The notes under the pieces were generated by a model, which was not told the DNA's origin, searched no databases, and saw only the letters and a list, made by a program, of their open reading frames with translations. From NCBI GenBank assembly GCA_024330265.1, contig JANDLT010000024.1, positions 509-64,508 on the forward strand: 64,000 bases of DNA. The letters are read 5' to 3'. Within the stretch, counting starts at the first letter, position 1. Each line of letters opens with the position of its first letter. This document shows positions 47,901 to 57,470 of the stretch, piece after piece. This DNA is from Pyrinomonadaceae bacterium MAG19_C2-C3 (GTDB taxonomy: Bacteria; Acidobacteriota; Blastocatellia; Pyrinomonadales; Pyrinomonadaceae). Both the position numbers and the translations under genes were made by a program.

Positions 47901-48691
47901 CTTACACATTCTCTAAAACGCTGACTGACGCTGACAGCGCACTGCCGATATTTGCGACGTTCTCGGGCGGCGGCGAAGTGCAAAACCCGTTCAACTTAAG
48001 AGATGAGAAGGCACTCAGCAACCAAGACATCCCGCATCGATTGGTTGTTAGCTACATTTATGAGCTGCCGCTAGGTGAGGATCGGCGTTTCGCAACCGGG
48101 AACCGCGTCGTCGATAAAATTATCGGCGGCTTCCAAGTCGGTGCTGTTCACCAGTACCAAAGCGGAAATCCATTATCCTTCGGCGGCACGCAGGGCATTC
48201 CGACATATGGTCGCATCAGGTATAGCCGTGTGCCGGGTCAGCCGCTCGAAAGTGAAGCGGTACGTAACGGCACGTTCGATCCCAATGCGCCGGGGGCGCA
48301 GGGAGAGTATTTCAATCGTGCAGCCTTTTATGATCCGAATGCTCTCTGCCCTGTGAGAAACGGAGCAGTGGTTACAAACGATCCCCTCTTCTTCAACTGT
48401 CGGCAATCACCCAGTGCCCCGTTGCGCTTCGGAGACTTCCCGCGCACGACTGGTGAAATACGCGTCGGACAGTTCTACAACGAGGACATCAATATCCTGA
48501 AAAAGACACAGATCAACGAAGACATTACCCTCGAATTCCGAACCGAGTTCTTCAATGTCTTCAATCGCACGATCTTACGAAGACCGAATTCCTTCGGCGG
48601 TTCGCAAGACTCGAACAGCATCTTCGGGCGCGTCTTCGGACAATCGAATAACCCGCGTGTCATTCAATTCGGTCTTAAGCTGCTGTTCTGA
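44933..48691 (+). CDS. TonB-dependent receptor with carboxypeptidase-regulatory-like domain
   Basis: The start is taken at MRKSTILLKATLFAMLATG. GAVSGTVTDAAGAAVPKATITARN...GNYRLQQLPAGSYNITVTAPGFKT, a long barrel, and a C-terminal FGLKLLF. Paralogous in architecture to 3303..6704. Confidence 0.9.
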   Translation: MRKSTILLKATLFAMLATGIVPSVCAQTINGAVSGTVTDAAGAAVPKATITARNPATGTTTEAISSDDGNYRLQQLPAGSYNITVTAPGFKTGEFQEVVVEVNSTTSRDLVLETGAVTETVTVSSEGALTIQSDTSDIGTVVRSRQVLDLPLVAGGGGFGLRSPESFTFLTPGVVGPGTATDNGVNNDNAGENGGTFNSKFAGSQNFSNEVLLEGASTFRSENGSSFDETAPSVEAFQEFKVLTSNLSAEYGRTGGGITSFAYKSGTNDINGSAYEFFQNRVLNANRFFNNSRGTDPVTGKERAPRPLNNINDFGATVGGPIFLPRFGEGGPRLYDGRNKSFFFFIYEGARRGFGGSAINTLPTDAFRRGDFSSLLGANSAVDALGRNIANGQIFDPATTRRVTAGQPDPLTGIIATRSGLVREPFANNNIPVTRFSTVASNVLNFIPSPNSPGRTNNFIFNGPKFPLNVYTYAVKLDHNITAGSKLSGSYSKRVNDRVVGARSLPDVINRGNQDQIFTTQYFRLTHDQVFSPTILNHFNIGLNRTVSENLSPTVGLNIPGQIGLSGVAGSPFPEFNFGEDINGIGFGLNAVNIDNGFRLNDFVSIVKGNHNIRVGGDFRYQQYTPSNQNNTSGTFNFGRGQTAGFNSADGTAGNTGNGFASFLLGQVGNANIAIVPNIVQWRSQYYAGFVQDDWKVSGNLTLNLGVRYDVDVPRRELYNRFSNFSPTTPNPGAGNLPGAVVFANSSGNTRFADTYKKAIGPRVGFAYSPDRNGGLIGALTGGAGKTVIRGGFGIFYQALLYADFGESYARGFNSRPDFSPAVGFNPAFQLDQGLPQNFPRPPFVDPTIQNLQNTEYIAPSFGRPPMITNYGGELQRELSPDLILTLGYIGVQGHHLRSNLLRTNNAPNTSLALGDLIYADINSPQAQAAGFRPPFAGFTGNVGDSLRPFPQYRSIITDNGLENVGNSNYNAGFVKLERRFRQGLNLLTSYTFSKTLTDADSALPIFATFSGGGEVQNPFNLRDEKALSNQDIPHRLVVSYIYELPLGEDRRFATGNRVVDKIIGGFQVGAVHQYQSGNPLSFGGTQGIPTYGRIRYSRVPGQPLESEAVRNGTFDPNAPGAQGEYFNRAAFYDPNALCPVRNGAVVTNDPLFFNCRQSPSAPLRFGDFPRTTGEIRVGQFYNEDINILKKTQINEDITLEFRTEFFNVFNRTILRRPNSFGGSQDSNSIFGRVFGQSNNPRVIQFGLKLLF

Positions 48692-48727
48692 GCAGAACAG
48701 CAGCCTCGAACCTTATCAGGCACGCAA

Positions 48728-48766
48728 GAGAAAGGGTCAGTGTCTCTCGGGTACTGACCCTTTCTC
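48728..48766 (+). terminator. Stem-loop downstream of the receptor gene
   Basis: Perfect 14-bp stem gagaaagggtcagt / actgaccctttctc with an 11-nt loop. A second 10-bp hairpin (48679-48704) spans the stop codon. The U-tract is weak. Confidence 0.45.
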
Positions 48767-48789
48767 ATTAGCAATCGTTGATTAAAGAG

Positions 48790-50025
48790 ATGAGTGGAAA
48801 TCGTATAGCAGTCTTTATACTTTCAATAGTCTTTTCGATCCTTCTCGCCCCGTCCGGCATCTGTCAGCGAATCTCCCGGGGAAACGCAGTCAGACAAGGT
48901 GCAAACGTCGAGCTTAGGCGCATAAACTCTCTTATTGCTAAAGGTGAACTTGCGAGTGCTGAAACTGAACTCAATTCACTTCTCGAATTATACCCGCGTG
49001 ACGCGCGCGTGCTTTCTATGCTCGGCATAGTTAACGCTAAACAGAACCGCACGGCGGAAGCAGAAGACCACTTTAAGCAAGCGTTGGTGCTCAACTCCCG
49101 CGCGACAGAAACACATTTAAACCTAGGTGCGCTTTACACATCGATGGGGCGTTTCGAGGATGCCGCCGATTCGTTCGAGGCGGTTCTAAAATTGGAACCG
49201 AAGCACAAAGGCGCGGCGACCAGACTCGTCGCCGCGTTAGACACTTTGGCGATCACTGCGCTTGCGGCTGGCGAGACTGAGAAGGCACTCGCGCATTTGA
49301 TTCGTGCGAAGGCGGTTGCGCCCCATAACGCTGACGTGTTGTTCAAGTTCTCGATGGTCGCGCTGGGTCTTTCGCTTAACGACGATGCGGTGCAGGCACT
49401 AGAACTTGCGCTGAGAGCGCGACCGGAAGAGCCGACTTATATTTACGCTTTGGCACGGGCGCGTATGGAGAAAGGTGAGACACCGGAGGCAGAGCGGCTA
49501 TTTCGGCGTTATGTCGCGCTACGCCCCGACGATGCTTCCGGGTTTTATGGTCTCGGCTATGTCATGATTTTATTGAGAAATACGGTTGGAGCTGAAGAAC
49601 AATTTAAAAGGTCTCTGGAGTTGCGTCCGGCGCAGACAGAGTCTCCCTATCAACTTGGGTTGATTGCTTTCGCTAACGGCGATGTGGACGGGGCGAGATC
49701 ATGGTATGAAAAAGTGCTCGCGCGCTACGGCGACCATACGGGGGCGTTGCTCGGCATGGGTTTAGTCGAACTCCAGCGAAAGAATTACGATGCAGCTCGG
49801 CAGAATTTAGAGCGTAGCATCGCGCTTGACCCGTCGTCTGTAAAAGCTCATTACCAACTCGGGCTGACCTATGCGCGGCTTGGAAATAAGGAAGCCTCTG
49901 AGCGCGAACTGAAGCTCGCCGAAACGCTCGAAGGGGAACAAAAAAACAAACAGCGTGTTGTTCTCCGTCTGCTAGACAAGAAGGAAACTACCGAACGAAT
50001 TTTGAGCCGACAGAAACCAGATTAG
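48790..50025 (+). CDS. Exported TPR-repeat protein
   Basis: The start at MSGNRIAVFILSIVFSILLAP is followed by multiple TPR units. Confidence 0.8.
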   Translation: MSGNRIAVFILSIVFSILLAPSGICQRISRGNAVRQGANVELRRINSLIAKGELASAETELNSLLELYPRDARVLSMLGIVNAKQNRTAEAEDHFKQALVLNSRATETHLNLGALYTSMGRFEDAADSFEAVLKLEPKHKGAATRLVAALDTLAITALAAGETEKALAHLIRAKAVAPHNADVLFKFSMVALGLSLNDDAVQALELALRARPEEPTYIYALARARMEKGETPEAERLFRRYVALRPDDASGFYGLGYVMILLRNTVGAEEQFKRSLELRPAQTESPYQLGLIAFANGDVDGARSWYEKVLARYGDHTGALLGMGLVELQRKNYDAARQNLERSIALDPSSVKAHYQLGLTYARLGNKEASERELKLAETLEGEQKNKQRVVLRLLDKKETTERILSRQKPD

Positions 50026-50070
50026 TATGCTGCAATTTAAGTATTCTGATGTTTAGCTGTACGTTAAGGG

Positions 50071-50190
50071 ATGAACAACAAACACCCTCTCAACCTTACC
50101 AACTCAGAAGTTAGCTCTTTGACAACGCTTGTTTCCGGCGGTGAACTTCCAGCTAAAGCTTTCCGCCGCGCCACCGCACTCTTAAAAGTT
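50071..50190 (+). pseudogene. Possible N-terminal HTH remnant of an IS630-like transposase
   Basis: [45 protein letters not shown] resembles the LxLTxxExxxLxxLxxxGxxxAxxxxRAxILL pattern of IS630/Tc1-type N-termini. It then runs straight into the GH127 RBS. Confidence 0.3.
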
Positions 50191-50206
50191 GAAGATAAGA
50201 GGAGCT

Positions 50207-52561
50207 ATGAGAAACAAATTTTCATACTGCACAATCGTCACGCTGCTTGTTCTTGTCTCGATTCAGTCCGTCAATGTTATCGTCGCTCAAGTCGGAAACG
50301 TGCGGGCAGAGACGGCGAAGGTTAAGCCTTTCGACTTGAACCAAGTGAGATTGCTCGACGGCGATTTCAAACGCGCGACCGAACTGAACAAGCAATATCT
50401 TTTGCGACTCGAACCGGATAGATTCCTATCGTGGTTTCGTAAAGAAGCAGGTCTTCCCGCTAAAGCCCCGGTCTATGGCGGCTGGGAATCGCAGGGCGTG
50501 GCGGGGCAAACGCTCGGTCATTACCTGTCGGCTTGCGCGTTGATGTATCGCACAACCGGAGACGAGCGTTTTCGCCGGAGAATCAACTACATCGTTGATG
50601 AATTGGAAGCGTGCCAGCGCGCGAATGGTAACGGCTATGTCGCCGCGATTCCCGAAGGCAAACGCATCTTCGCCGAGATTGCGCGCGGCGAGATTCGCTC
50701 CGCCGGTTTCGACCTTAACGGCGGCTGGGTTCCTTTCTACACACTGCACAAGTTGTTCGCCGGATTGCGCGACGCGAAGCACCTCACCGGCAATGCGAAA
50801 GCTCAAACCATCGCCGTCAATCTAGCCGATTGGCTGGACAAGATTCTTGCTAATCTCAATCACGAGCAGATGCAGATGATTTTGCGCTGTGAACACGGCG
50901 GCATGAACGAAGTACTGGCAGACATTTATGCCGACACGGGTAATGCTCGCTACCTCGCGCTCTCGCATCGCTTCCATCATGAAGCGGTGTTGAAACCTTT
51001 GAGCGAAGGCAAAGATATTCTAAGCGGTCTTCATGCGAACACGCAGATACCGAAGCTGGTTGGTCTCGCACGCCGTTACGAATTGACGGGCGACAGGGAA
51101 GACCGCAAAGCCCCTGAGTTTTTCTGGAGCCGCGTGGTCAATCATCATTCTTACGTCACCGGCGGCAACGGTCTCAACGAACACTTCGGCGCGCCCGGCA
51201 AACTTAACGACCGGCTTGGCGCGCACACGACCGAGACGTGCAACGTCTATAACATGCTCAAGCTGACCGGGCATCTCTTTACATGGAGTCCGCAGGCTCA
51301 CGTCGCAGACTATTACGAACGCGCCCTCTACAATCACATTCTATCTTCGCAGCACCCGACGGACGGGCGCGTGATTTACGATTTGACGCTCGCCATGGGC
51401 GGGCGCAAAGAGTATCAAACGCAGTTCGAGAGTTTCACCTGCTGCGTCGGCTCAGGCATGGAGAACCACGCCAAGTATGCTTCCGCCATCTACTTCCACA
51501 CCGCCGATAGTCTCTTCGTCAACCTGTTCATTCCTTCCGAATTGAATTGGCGCGAAAAGGGATTGGTGTTGCGGCAAGAAACGAATTTCCCTAATAAGGG
51601 TTTGACGACGCTCACGTTCACGAACCGCAAACCCGTGCGATTGAAGTTGCGTTTGCGACATCCCGCGTGGGCTGACGAAGGATTTAAGGTCAAGATAAAC
51701 GGCAAGCCGTTCGCCGCTTCTTCGTCGCCTTCTTCATATCTTGAAATCGCGCGTACATGGTCGAGCGGCGACCGTGTGGAAGTCACTCTGCCGATGAAGT
51801 TGCGACTCGAAGCGATGCCCGACAATCCGCACAGAGTCGCGGTGCTGTACGGTCCCATCGTCCTCGCCGGAGATTTGGGAGCGGCGGACGACACTGCCGC
51901 CGCGCGTCCCGATTATGTACCCGCGCTCGTCAATGCCGGGGACGCGCCCGCGTCATGGCTAAAAGAGATTGAAGGCGAGCCGCTTACATTTCGCACGGTC
52001 GGCGTCGGCAACCCGCGCGACGTGACGCTTCGCCCGTTCTTTCGCACACACGACCGCCGGTACACGGTTTATTGGGACACCTTCTCGCCCGCAGAGTGGA
52101 AGGAAAAACAGGCGCAGTACAAAGCCGAACTTGAAAGTCTGCGCTTGTTGGAGAGTCGCACGATGGACTTCTTCCAGCCCGGCGAGATGCAGCCGGAACG
52201 CGACCACAATTTTCATGGCGAGAAGATCGAAACCGGCACGCATAGTGACCGCAAGTGGCGTCACGCTTCGGACGGCGGCTGGTTCTCTTTCACGCTCAAA
52301 TCGGCGACGAGCGAACCACAAGAATTGCACGTCACTTATTGGGGTAGTGATAACACTAATCGCGCCTTCGACATTCTGGTTGGCAATCAAAAAATCGCTA
52401 CCGAGCGACTCGAAAATAATCGCCCTGACAAATTCTATGACGAGGTGTATTCGATACCACCTGAGCTAACGGCGGGGAAAGAAATTATCACCGTGCGGTT
52501 TCAGGCGCACCCCGGCAACCGCGCCGGAGGTATCTATGGCGTGCGTCTCACAAAGAAGTAA
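50207..52561 (+). CDS. GH127 (DUF1680) beta-L-arabinofuranosidase-like glycoside hydrolase
   Basis: AAGAGGAG RBS and signal peptide. The motifs [32 protein letters not shown] and [15 protein letters not shown] are consistent with the family pattern. Confidence 0.8.
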   Translation: MRNKFSYCTIVTLLVLVSIQSVNVIVAQVGNVRAETAKVKPFDLNQVRLLDGDFKRATELNKQYLLRLEPDRFLSWFRKEAGLPAKAPVYGGWESQGVAGQTLGHYLSACALMYRTTGDERFRRRINYIVDELEACQRANGNGYVAAIPEGKRIFAEIARGEIRSAGFDLNGGWVPFYTLHKLFAGLRDAKHLTGNAKAQTIAVNLADWLDKILANLNHEQMQMILRCEHGGMNEVLADIYADTGNARYLALSHRFHHEAVLKPLSEGKDILSGLHANTQIPKLVGLARRYELTGDREDRKAPEFFWSRVVNHHSYVTGGNGLNEHFGAPGKLNDRLGAHTTETCNVYNMLKLTGHLFTWSPQAHVADYYERALYNHILSSQHPTDGRVIYDLTLAMGGRKEYQTQFESFTCCVGSGMENHAKYASAIYFHTADSLFVNLFIPSELNWREKGLVLRQETNFPNKGLTTLTFTNRKPVRLKLRLRHPAWADEGFKVKINGKPFAASSSPSSYLEIARTWSSGDRVEVTLPMKLRLEAMPDNPHRVAVLYGPIVLAGDLGAADDTAAARPDYVPALVNAGDAPASWLKEIEGEPLTFRTVGVGNPRDVTLRPFFRTHDRRYTVYWDTFSPAEWKEKQAQYKAELESLRLLESRTMDFFQPGEMQPERDHNFHGEKIETGTHSDRKWRHASDGGWFSFTLKSATSEPQELHVTYWGSDNTNRAFDILVGNQKIATERLENNRPDKFYDEVYSIPPELTAGKEIITVRFQAHPGNRAGGIYGVRLTKK

Positions 52562-52618
52562 CCGCGCATCGTCACGGACGGCGCGTTAATTTTTAATCGG
52601 TAAAAACAAGGAGTCATT

Positions 52619-53980
52619 ATGATGAAGCCCTCGAAGTCCCCATTCTGGTTCGCGCCCATCGCACTTGTCGCGCTCATTTGTGCGGTCGTAATAACACCGG
52701 CGCGAACGATGCTGCCCGCGCCGCAAACACAGCAACCCGCGCTTGAAGAATGGAAGGATGAGTTTGACGGTATCGCGCTTGACGAAGCGAAGTGGGAACG
52801 CTTCAAAATTGAGGGCGGTGATGTGAGTCTCAACGTGCGCGAAGGGCAGTTGCAACTTAGCGGCGCGGATGGTTCGCGCGCCGGAATACGCAGCAAGCGA
52901 CAGTTCAATGGCGACCGCTTCGTCGCAGAGGCGACGGTGGCGAAAGTCGCCGCCGTCAAGCCGCAGCCATTTGGCAACGCGATTATCACATTGCTCTTCG
53001 ACGACGCTGGACGCAACCGTATCGAGTGGCTTATCAACGACGACGGCAAGTTCGAGGCGTGGGATATTACCAACGGCAAAAACGAGCGGTTCGATGACCG
53101 GCAAGCGGGAACTAAAGCGGCAAATCCTAAACTCGGCATTGCGCGTCGCGGAGATGATTTTTATTTTACGGTCAACGACCAAGTTCAACTCCAGCGCACG
53201 ATTCCGAATCTCCCGACTTCATTTCGCGTGATGCTTTACGGCTTCAGTACATCGCAAAACGATTGGGCGTCGGCACGCATCCTGATACCGAAACAAATTG
53301 CCGCCGCCGCGCCCGCGCAGTCACCGCAAAGCGCACCGCCCGCGACGCCCGGCACGACAACCGGCGCGGCAGGGGCGCAGACTGCGATGGATGAATGGGG
53401 CGACGATTTCAACGCGGATAAGTTGGACGAAACGAAGTGGGAGCGTTACACATTCGACGGCGGGAGCGGCGGCAAATCGGAAGTTAAAGACGGGCAGTTG
53501 CGACAGCGCGGCGTCGGCGGATATGACGCCGTGGGTTCGCGCGCCGGAGTTCGCAGTAAGAAGACGTTTCGCGCCGAAAATTTCTACGTCGAAGCAACGC
53601 TCGCTAAAGCCGGTCTTCGCCTTCCGGGGGCGGGCGGCGGAAGCGGTGCGTTGCCGGGTCTGGCAATCCTGACGGTGATGTTTGAGGGCAACCCGGCGAA
53701 CCGCATCGAATGGCTTATGACTTCGGATGGCAGGCTAGAAGCGTGGGACTTGACGAACGGAAAAAGCACGCGCCTTGACAATCAAAATCTCGGCACACGC
53801 GAGAAGTCTCCGCGCTTGGGGATTGCGCGGCGCGGCAACGAAATAATGTTCATGCTCAACGGTCAGACGGGCTTGCAGAAAACCATCACCGGCATCTCAC
53901 CGAATTTCAAGGTTATGCTCTACGGCTTCGCCACGTCGGAGAATAACTGGGATGCGATTACCGTGCAGACGGTGAGATAA
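52619..53980 (+). CDS. Exported protein with two tandem paralogous domains of about 190 aa (concanavalin/LamG-like guess)
   Basis: Both halves share DEFDG..LDE.KWER..I/F.GG....V..GQL...G...SRAG.RSK..F........EAT.AK ... IEWL...DG..EAWD.TNGK..R.D....GT....P.LGIARRG......NGQ..LQ.TI....P.F.VMLYGF.TS.N.W. Confidence 0.7.
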   Translation: MMKPSKSPFWFAPIALVALICAVVITPARTMLPAPQTQQPALEEWKDEFDGIALDEAKWERFKIEGGDVSLNVREGQLQLSGADGSRAGIRSKRQFNGDRFVAEATVAKVAAVKPQPFGNAIITLLFDDAGRNRIEWLINDDGKFEAWDITNGKNERFDDRQAGTKAANPKLGIARRGDDFYFTVNDQVQLQRTIPNLPTSFRVMLYGFSTSQNDWASARILIPKQIAAAAPAQSPQSAPPATPGTTTGAAGAQTAMDEWGDDFNADKLDETKWERYTFDGGSGGKSEVKDGQLRQRGVGGYDAVGSRAGVRSKKTFRAENFYVEATLAKAGLRLPGAGGGSGALPGLAILTVMFEGNPANRIEWLMTSDGRLEAWDLTNGKSTRLDNQNLGTREKSPRLGIARRGNEIMFMLNGQTGLQKTITGISPNFKVMLYGFATSENNWDAITVQTVR

Positions 53981-54029
53981 AAGAAACTTGCTCATACGAA
54001 ACCCAACTGCCGCACCCAAACCGAAAAGT

Positions 54030-54332
54030 TCATAACTCATCTTACGCGGTTTTGACTTTAGCCGCTTTCAAGCGGCTTTCCGCGAAGCGGCGACTAGCCA
54101 CGCGATAAATCGCGTGGACGAACGGTGTAAGAATCCAAAGGGCGTTTTAACGTCCTTTTGAAGGTTGGCTTTAGCCGGATGCTAAAGCGGGAGCGGGAAG
54201 GACGTTAAAACGCCCTTTGGATTTTCAACTCGCGTTCTACCCAGCCGTCAAACGGAACCTGTCTCAGTGCCGCTTCGCCGCAAAGCCCGATGAATCGGGC
54301 TAAACATCAAAACTGCGTAAGGTGAGTTACGA
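54030..54332. repeat. Imperfect palindromic (MITE-like) element of about 300 bp
   Basis: Termini tcataactcatcttacgcggttttga / tcaaaactgcgtaaggtgagttacga. Internal pairs gaatccaaagggcgttttaacgtcc / ggacgttaaaacgccctttggatt and ccgcgaagcggc / gccgcttcgccg, plus small local hairpins. Confidence 0.8.
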
Positions 54333-55734
54333 AGAGTTTTATGAAAAAGACATTCCGGTCGGCGCGCCTTCGCCGTCGGGTGCGGGTTGGGTTTATCCGG
54401 GGCTGTTTCGTTCCGGCGACGCATGGCTGCTCGTTAGTGAAAGCGGATTGTCGCGCACATTTTGCGGCACGCGCCTACGCTCCGCGTCGCCCGACGGAGA
54501 ATATAGAATCGGTTTTCCAGATTCGCGCGAGAATTTTCAGGGCGGAGCGGTTAACCCGGAATCAACATTGCCGTGGCTCACGCCGTGGCGCGTTATCGTG
54601 GTGGGAAGCCTCGAAACAATCGTCGAATCCACGCTCGGCGTTGATTTAGCCGACAAACCGGCGCGCTCCGCCACCTCATCTATCAAGCCCGGTAAAGCGT
54701 CGTGGAGTTGGGTGCTGCTTGGCGATGAGCAAACAACCTTTGAAGTGCAAAAGCGTTTTATTGATTACGCCGCCGCGATGCACTGGCAGTATTGCATGAT
54801 TGACGGGCTGTGGGACACACAAATCGGTTATGAAAAAGTGAAAGAGTTGATTGATTACGCCAACGGCAAGAACGTGAAGATTCTGCTCTGGTACAACTCG
54901 GCGGGTGATTGGAATTCGTCTCCGCAAACGCTGCGCAATCGGATGCTCACGCATGAAAGTCGTGTGCGCGAGTTCGAGCATTTGAAAGCGATGGGCGTCG
55001 CCGGGTTGAAGATTGATTTTTTCGGCGGCGACGGACAATCAATGATCGGCTATTACTTCGACATTCTTGAGGACGCCGCGCCGTATAATTTTCTGATTAA
55101 CTTTCACGGAGCAACCTTGCCGCGCGGTCTTCAGCGCACCTTTCCGCACCTGATGACGGTCGAAGCGATTCGCGGTTTTGAATTTGTCACCTTCGAGCAG
55201 AAGAACGCCGACCAAGAGCCGACGCACGCGGCGATGCTTCCGTTCACACGCAATGTTTTCGATCCGATGGATTTTACGCCGATGGCACTCGACCGTATCA
55301 ACAACCGCGTCGAGCGTCGCACCACGAGCGGCTTTGAACTCGCTCTCTCGGTCATGTTCACGTCGGGCATACAGCATTACGCGGAGATTCCCGAAGGCAT
55401 GGCGAAAGTTCCGGTTTATGTCCGGGATTTTCTAAAAAGCGTGCCGAATGTTTGGGAAGACACGAAGTTTTTAGACGGTTATCCCGGCAAATTTGCGGTT
55501 GTCGCGCGGCAGGGTGAAAATCGTTGGTACATTGCCGGAATCAATGGCGAAGCGACAGAGAAAAAACTCACGCTGGCTTTGGACAAATTGCCTGTTCGCG
55601 GTTTCGGTCGGCTCATTACTGACGGCGACGGCGGCAACCTCTCGTTCCGTCAAGAAAAGCTTCAGATGGGAGCGGACAAAAAATTGGAAATAACCGTAAA
55701 ACCGCATGGCGGTTTTGTTCTTGTCAGCGAATAA
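54322..55734 (+). pseudogene. GH97 glycoside hydrolase lacking roughly its first 150-200 codons
   Basis: The catalytic and C-terminal GH97 patterns are present (WSWVLLGD; IDYAAAMHWQYCMIDGLW; KIDFFGGDGQ; FHGATLPRG; RWYIAGINGEA..LTL.LDKL). There is no signal peptide, and most of the N-terminal beta-sandwich is missing. The only start is a GTG inside the palindromic element. It may still be expressed as a short form. Confidence 0.65.
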
Positions 55735-55783
55735 GTGACATACCCCACGCCTGAAGGCGGGGGCTTCTCAAGCAACGTATAGC

Positions 55784-56890
55784 CTAGTGGCTTGCGTTGA
55801 CGCTTGAAGGCGGTATCCCCGCCCTGAATAGAATGAGTTGAGCCGAAACATGGTCTCTATTTGCAGACAACCCACAAGCAAGACATTGATGCCACCTTTG
55901 GCTCAAGGTCTTAGGCGTGTGCGCTCCACAGAGACACGTTTGCGACGTTCCGCGAGGGTCAACCTTAACCAAGTCGCGACCAGCATTTTCAGCTTTGTAC
56001 GCGACATGTTCCAGAAAGGCAGACCATCCGGCATCGTTGACTTCACGAGCAAGACACCCGGCAGCCAAGCCTTTAATGTTCAAATCTTCGACGGCTATGC
56101 GTCCGTAGTTAGCAACCAGCCACTGACTGATTTTGTGATGAAAGTCGGAGCGTTGGTTGCGAACGTGTGCGTGCGCTCGCTGCAAAAGCTGTACGGCTTT
56201 CCGGCGACGATGCGAGCGTATCGAACGTCGCGCCACTTTGCGTTGTGCGCGGCGCAGTTTCGCTTGTGCTATCCGGTAGTGGCGTGGGTTCTCGACTTCT
56301 GTGCCGTCGCTCAAAGTAGCGAACGCGGTCAAGCCGACATCCACGCCGATGCTCTTAACACTCACGGGCAAAGGTTTAGCCATGCCTTCAACCGAAAGAC
56401 AGGCGTACCAACGTCCGGCTTCGCGCTTGATGGTCAGAGTCTTAATCTTGCCAGTGGTCTCACGATGCAACTTGATTTTCACCTTGCCGATTTTCGACAG
56501 GCTCAACTTATTGCCGGAAAGAGAAAAGCCAAGCTGCGGATAGGTGAAAGAGTTATAACGAACGCGAGAACGGAAGCGCGGAAATCCGGCTTTGGTCTTT
56601 CGCTTCACTCTCTGGAAGAAAGCCTTAAATGTTTTATCAACTCTGTGCAAGGTGTCTTGCAGCACTTGCGAGTAGATGCCGTTAAGTTCCGACCTGACTT
56701 CTTTAATCTCGACAAGCTGCGCCGACTGTCCCGCGAAGTTGATGCTTTCACGATTGATACGCCACGCATCGCGCCGCTCTTGCAACGCGGCGTTGTAGAG
56801 TTCAGTGCAGTAGGAAAGCGTGCTTTCAAGCAACGCCGTTTGTTTCTTGGTCGGATAAATCCGGTACTTGAAGGTGAGTCTGCTAGACAT
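55784..56890 (-). CDS. tnpB: TnpB (IS605 OrfB) RNA-guided endonuclease-like protein, apparently intact
   Basis: The start at MSSRLTFKYRIYPTKKQ overlaps the tnpA stop. RuvC-like D (IGVDVGL), E (IAVEDLNIKGL) and D (NRDHVSA), with the zinc finger CLCGAH...CLACG. Confidence 0.9.
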   Translation of the reverse strand: MSSRLTFKYRIYPTKKQTALLESTLSYCTELYNAALQERRDAWRINRESINFAGQSAQLVEIKEVRSELNGIYSQVLQDTLHRVDKTFKAFFQRVKRKTKAGFPRFRSRVRYNSFTYPQLGFSLSGNKLSLSKIGKVKIKLHRETTGKIKTLTIKREAGRWYACLSVEGMAKPLPVSVKSIGVDVGLTAFATLSDGTEVENPRHYRIAQAKLRRAQRKVARRSIRSHRRRKAVQLLQRAHAHVRNQRSDFHHKISQWLVANYGRIAVEDLNIKGLAAGCLAREVNDAGWSAFLEHVAYKAENAGRDLVKVDPRGTSQTCLCGAHTPKTLSQRWHQCLACGLSANRDHVSAQLILFRAGIPPSSVNASH

Positions 56891-57293
56891 GCTTTTGATT
56901 CTCAACGTACTGCTTTATCACTGAAAGCGGTGCGCCCCCGACCGTACTCACGAAATAACTGTTCGTCCACAGTGTCGGCAAACGAGACTTCAAAAGCGGA
57001 AACTCTTGTCGCAACAAACGAGACGAAACGCCTTTCAGATTCTGAACTTATCGGTGAATGCCAAACTGTGGGTCAATCTCGACGAGCAGATGAGCGTGGT
57101 CAGGCATTATCTCTAACGCAATTATTTCGGCTTGGTATTTTTCGCACGTCTCGCGCAAGACTTCTTCAAGCCGTGCGGCAATCTCGTCTTGCAACACGGG
57201 ACGGCGGTATTTCGGTGTCCAAACAACATGATACTTACTTGAGTACACGATGTTGTTGTTCGATTTATAGCCGCTTAACTTCATGTGTTGCAT
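56883..57293 (-). pseudogene. tnpA: IS200/IS605 TnpA (Y1 HUH transposase) with an in-frame TAA
   Basis: SKYHVVWTPKYRR and the HUH motif PDHAHLLV are followed by DPQFGIHR*VQNLKGVSSRLLRQEFP...LWTNSYFVSTVGGAPLSVIKQYVENQ in the same frame. The TAA at 57048-57050 precedes the catalytic Tyr. Confidence 0.85.
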
Positions 57294-57470
57294 TATACAA
57301 CGACGCGCTATCTAACCCGAAGGCATTACCGCCATTCGGCGGTGTGCCTTATATCCCCATGCCTAAAGGCAGGGGCTTTACGGCACATTTGGTAAGATGA
57401 CATGGAAGGCGGATTACACCTGTGAAGCTATTTTGCAATACAGTGCTTCATCTTGCTTCGGACTTGAACG

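Larger units (their letters stand above)
55738..57390 (-). mobile_element. IS200/IS605-family insertion sequence (tnpA-tnpB)
   Basis: Similar subterminal imperfect hairpins lie at both ends in the same orientation: ccccacgcctgaaggcgggggctt (about 55745-55768) and ccccatgcctaaaggcaggggctt (about 57355-57378). They enclose tnpA and tnpB. The boundaries are approximate. Confidence 0.8.

Noticed and set aside
55838-57400. A 520-aa ORF on the plus strand.
   Set aside because: It is antisense to tnpB and tnpA. It has no recognisable domains and crosses the tnpA/tnpB boundary. It is a shadow ORF.
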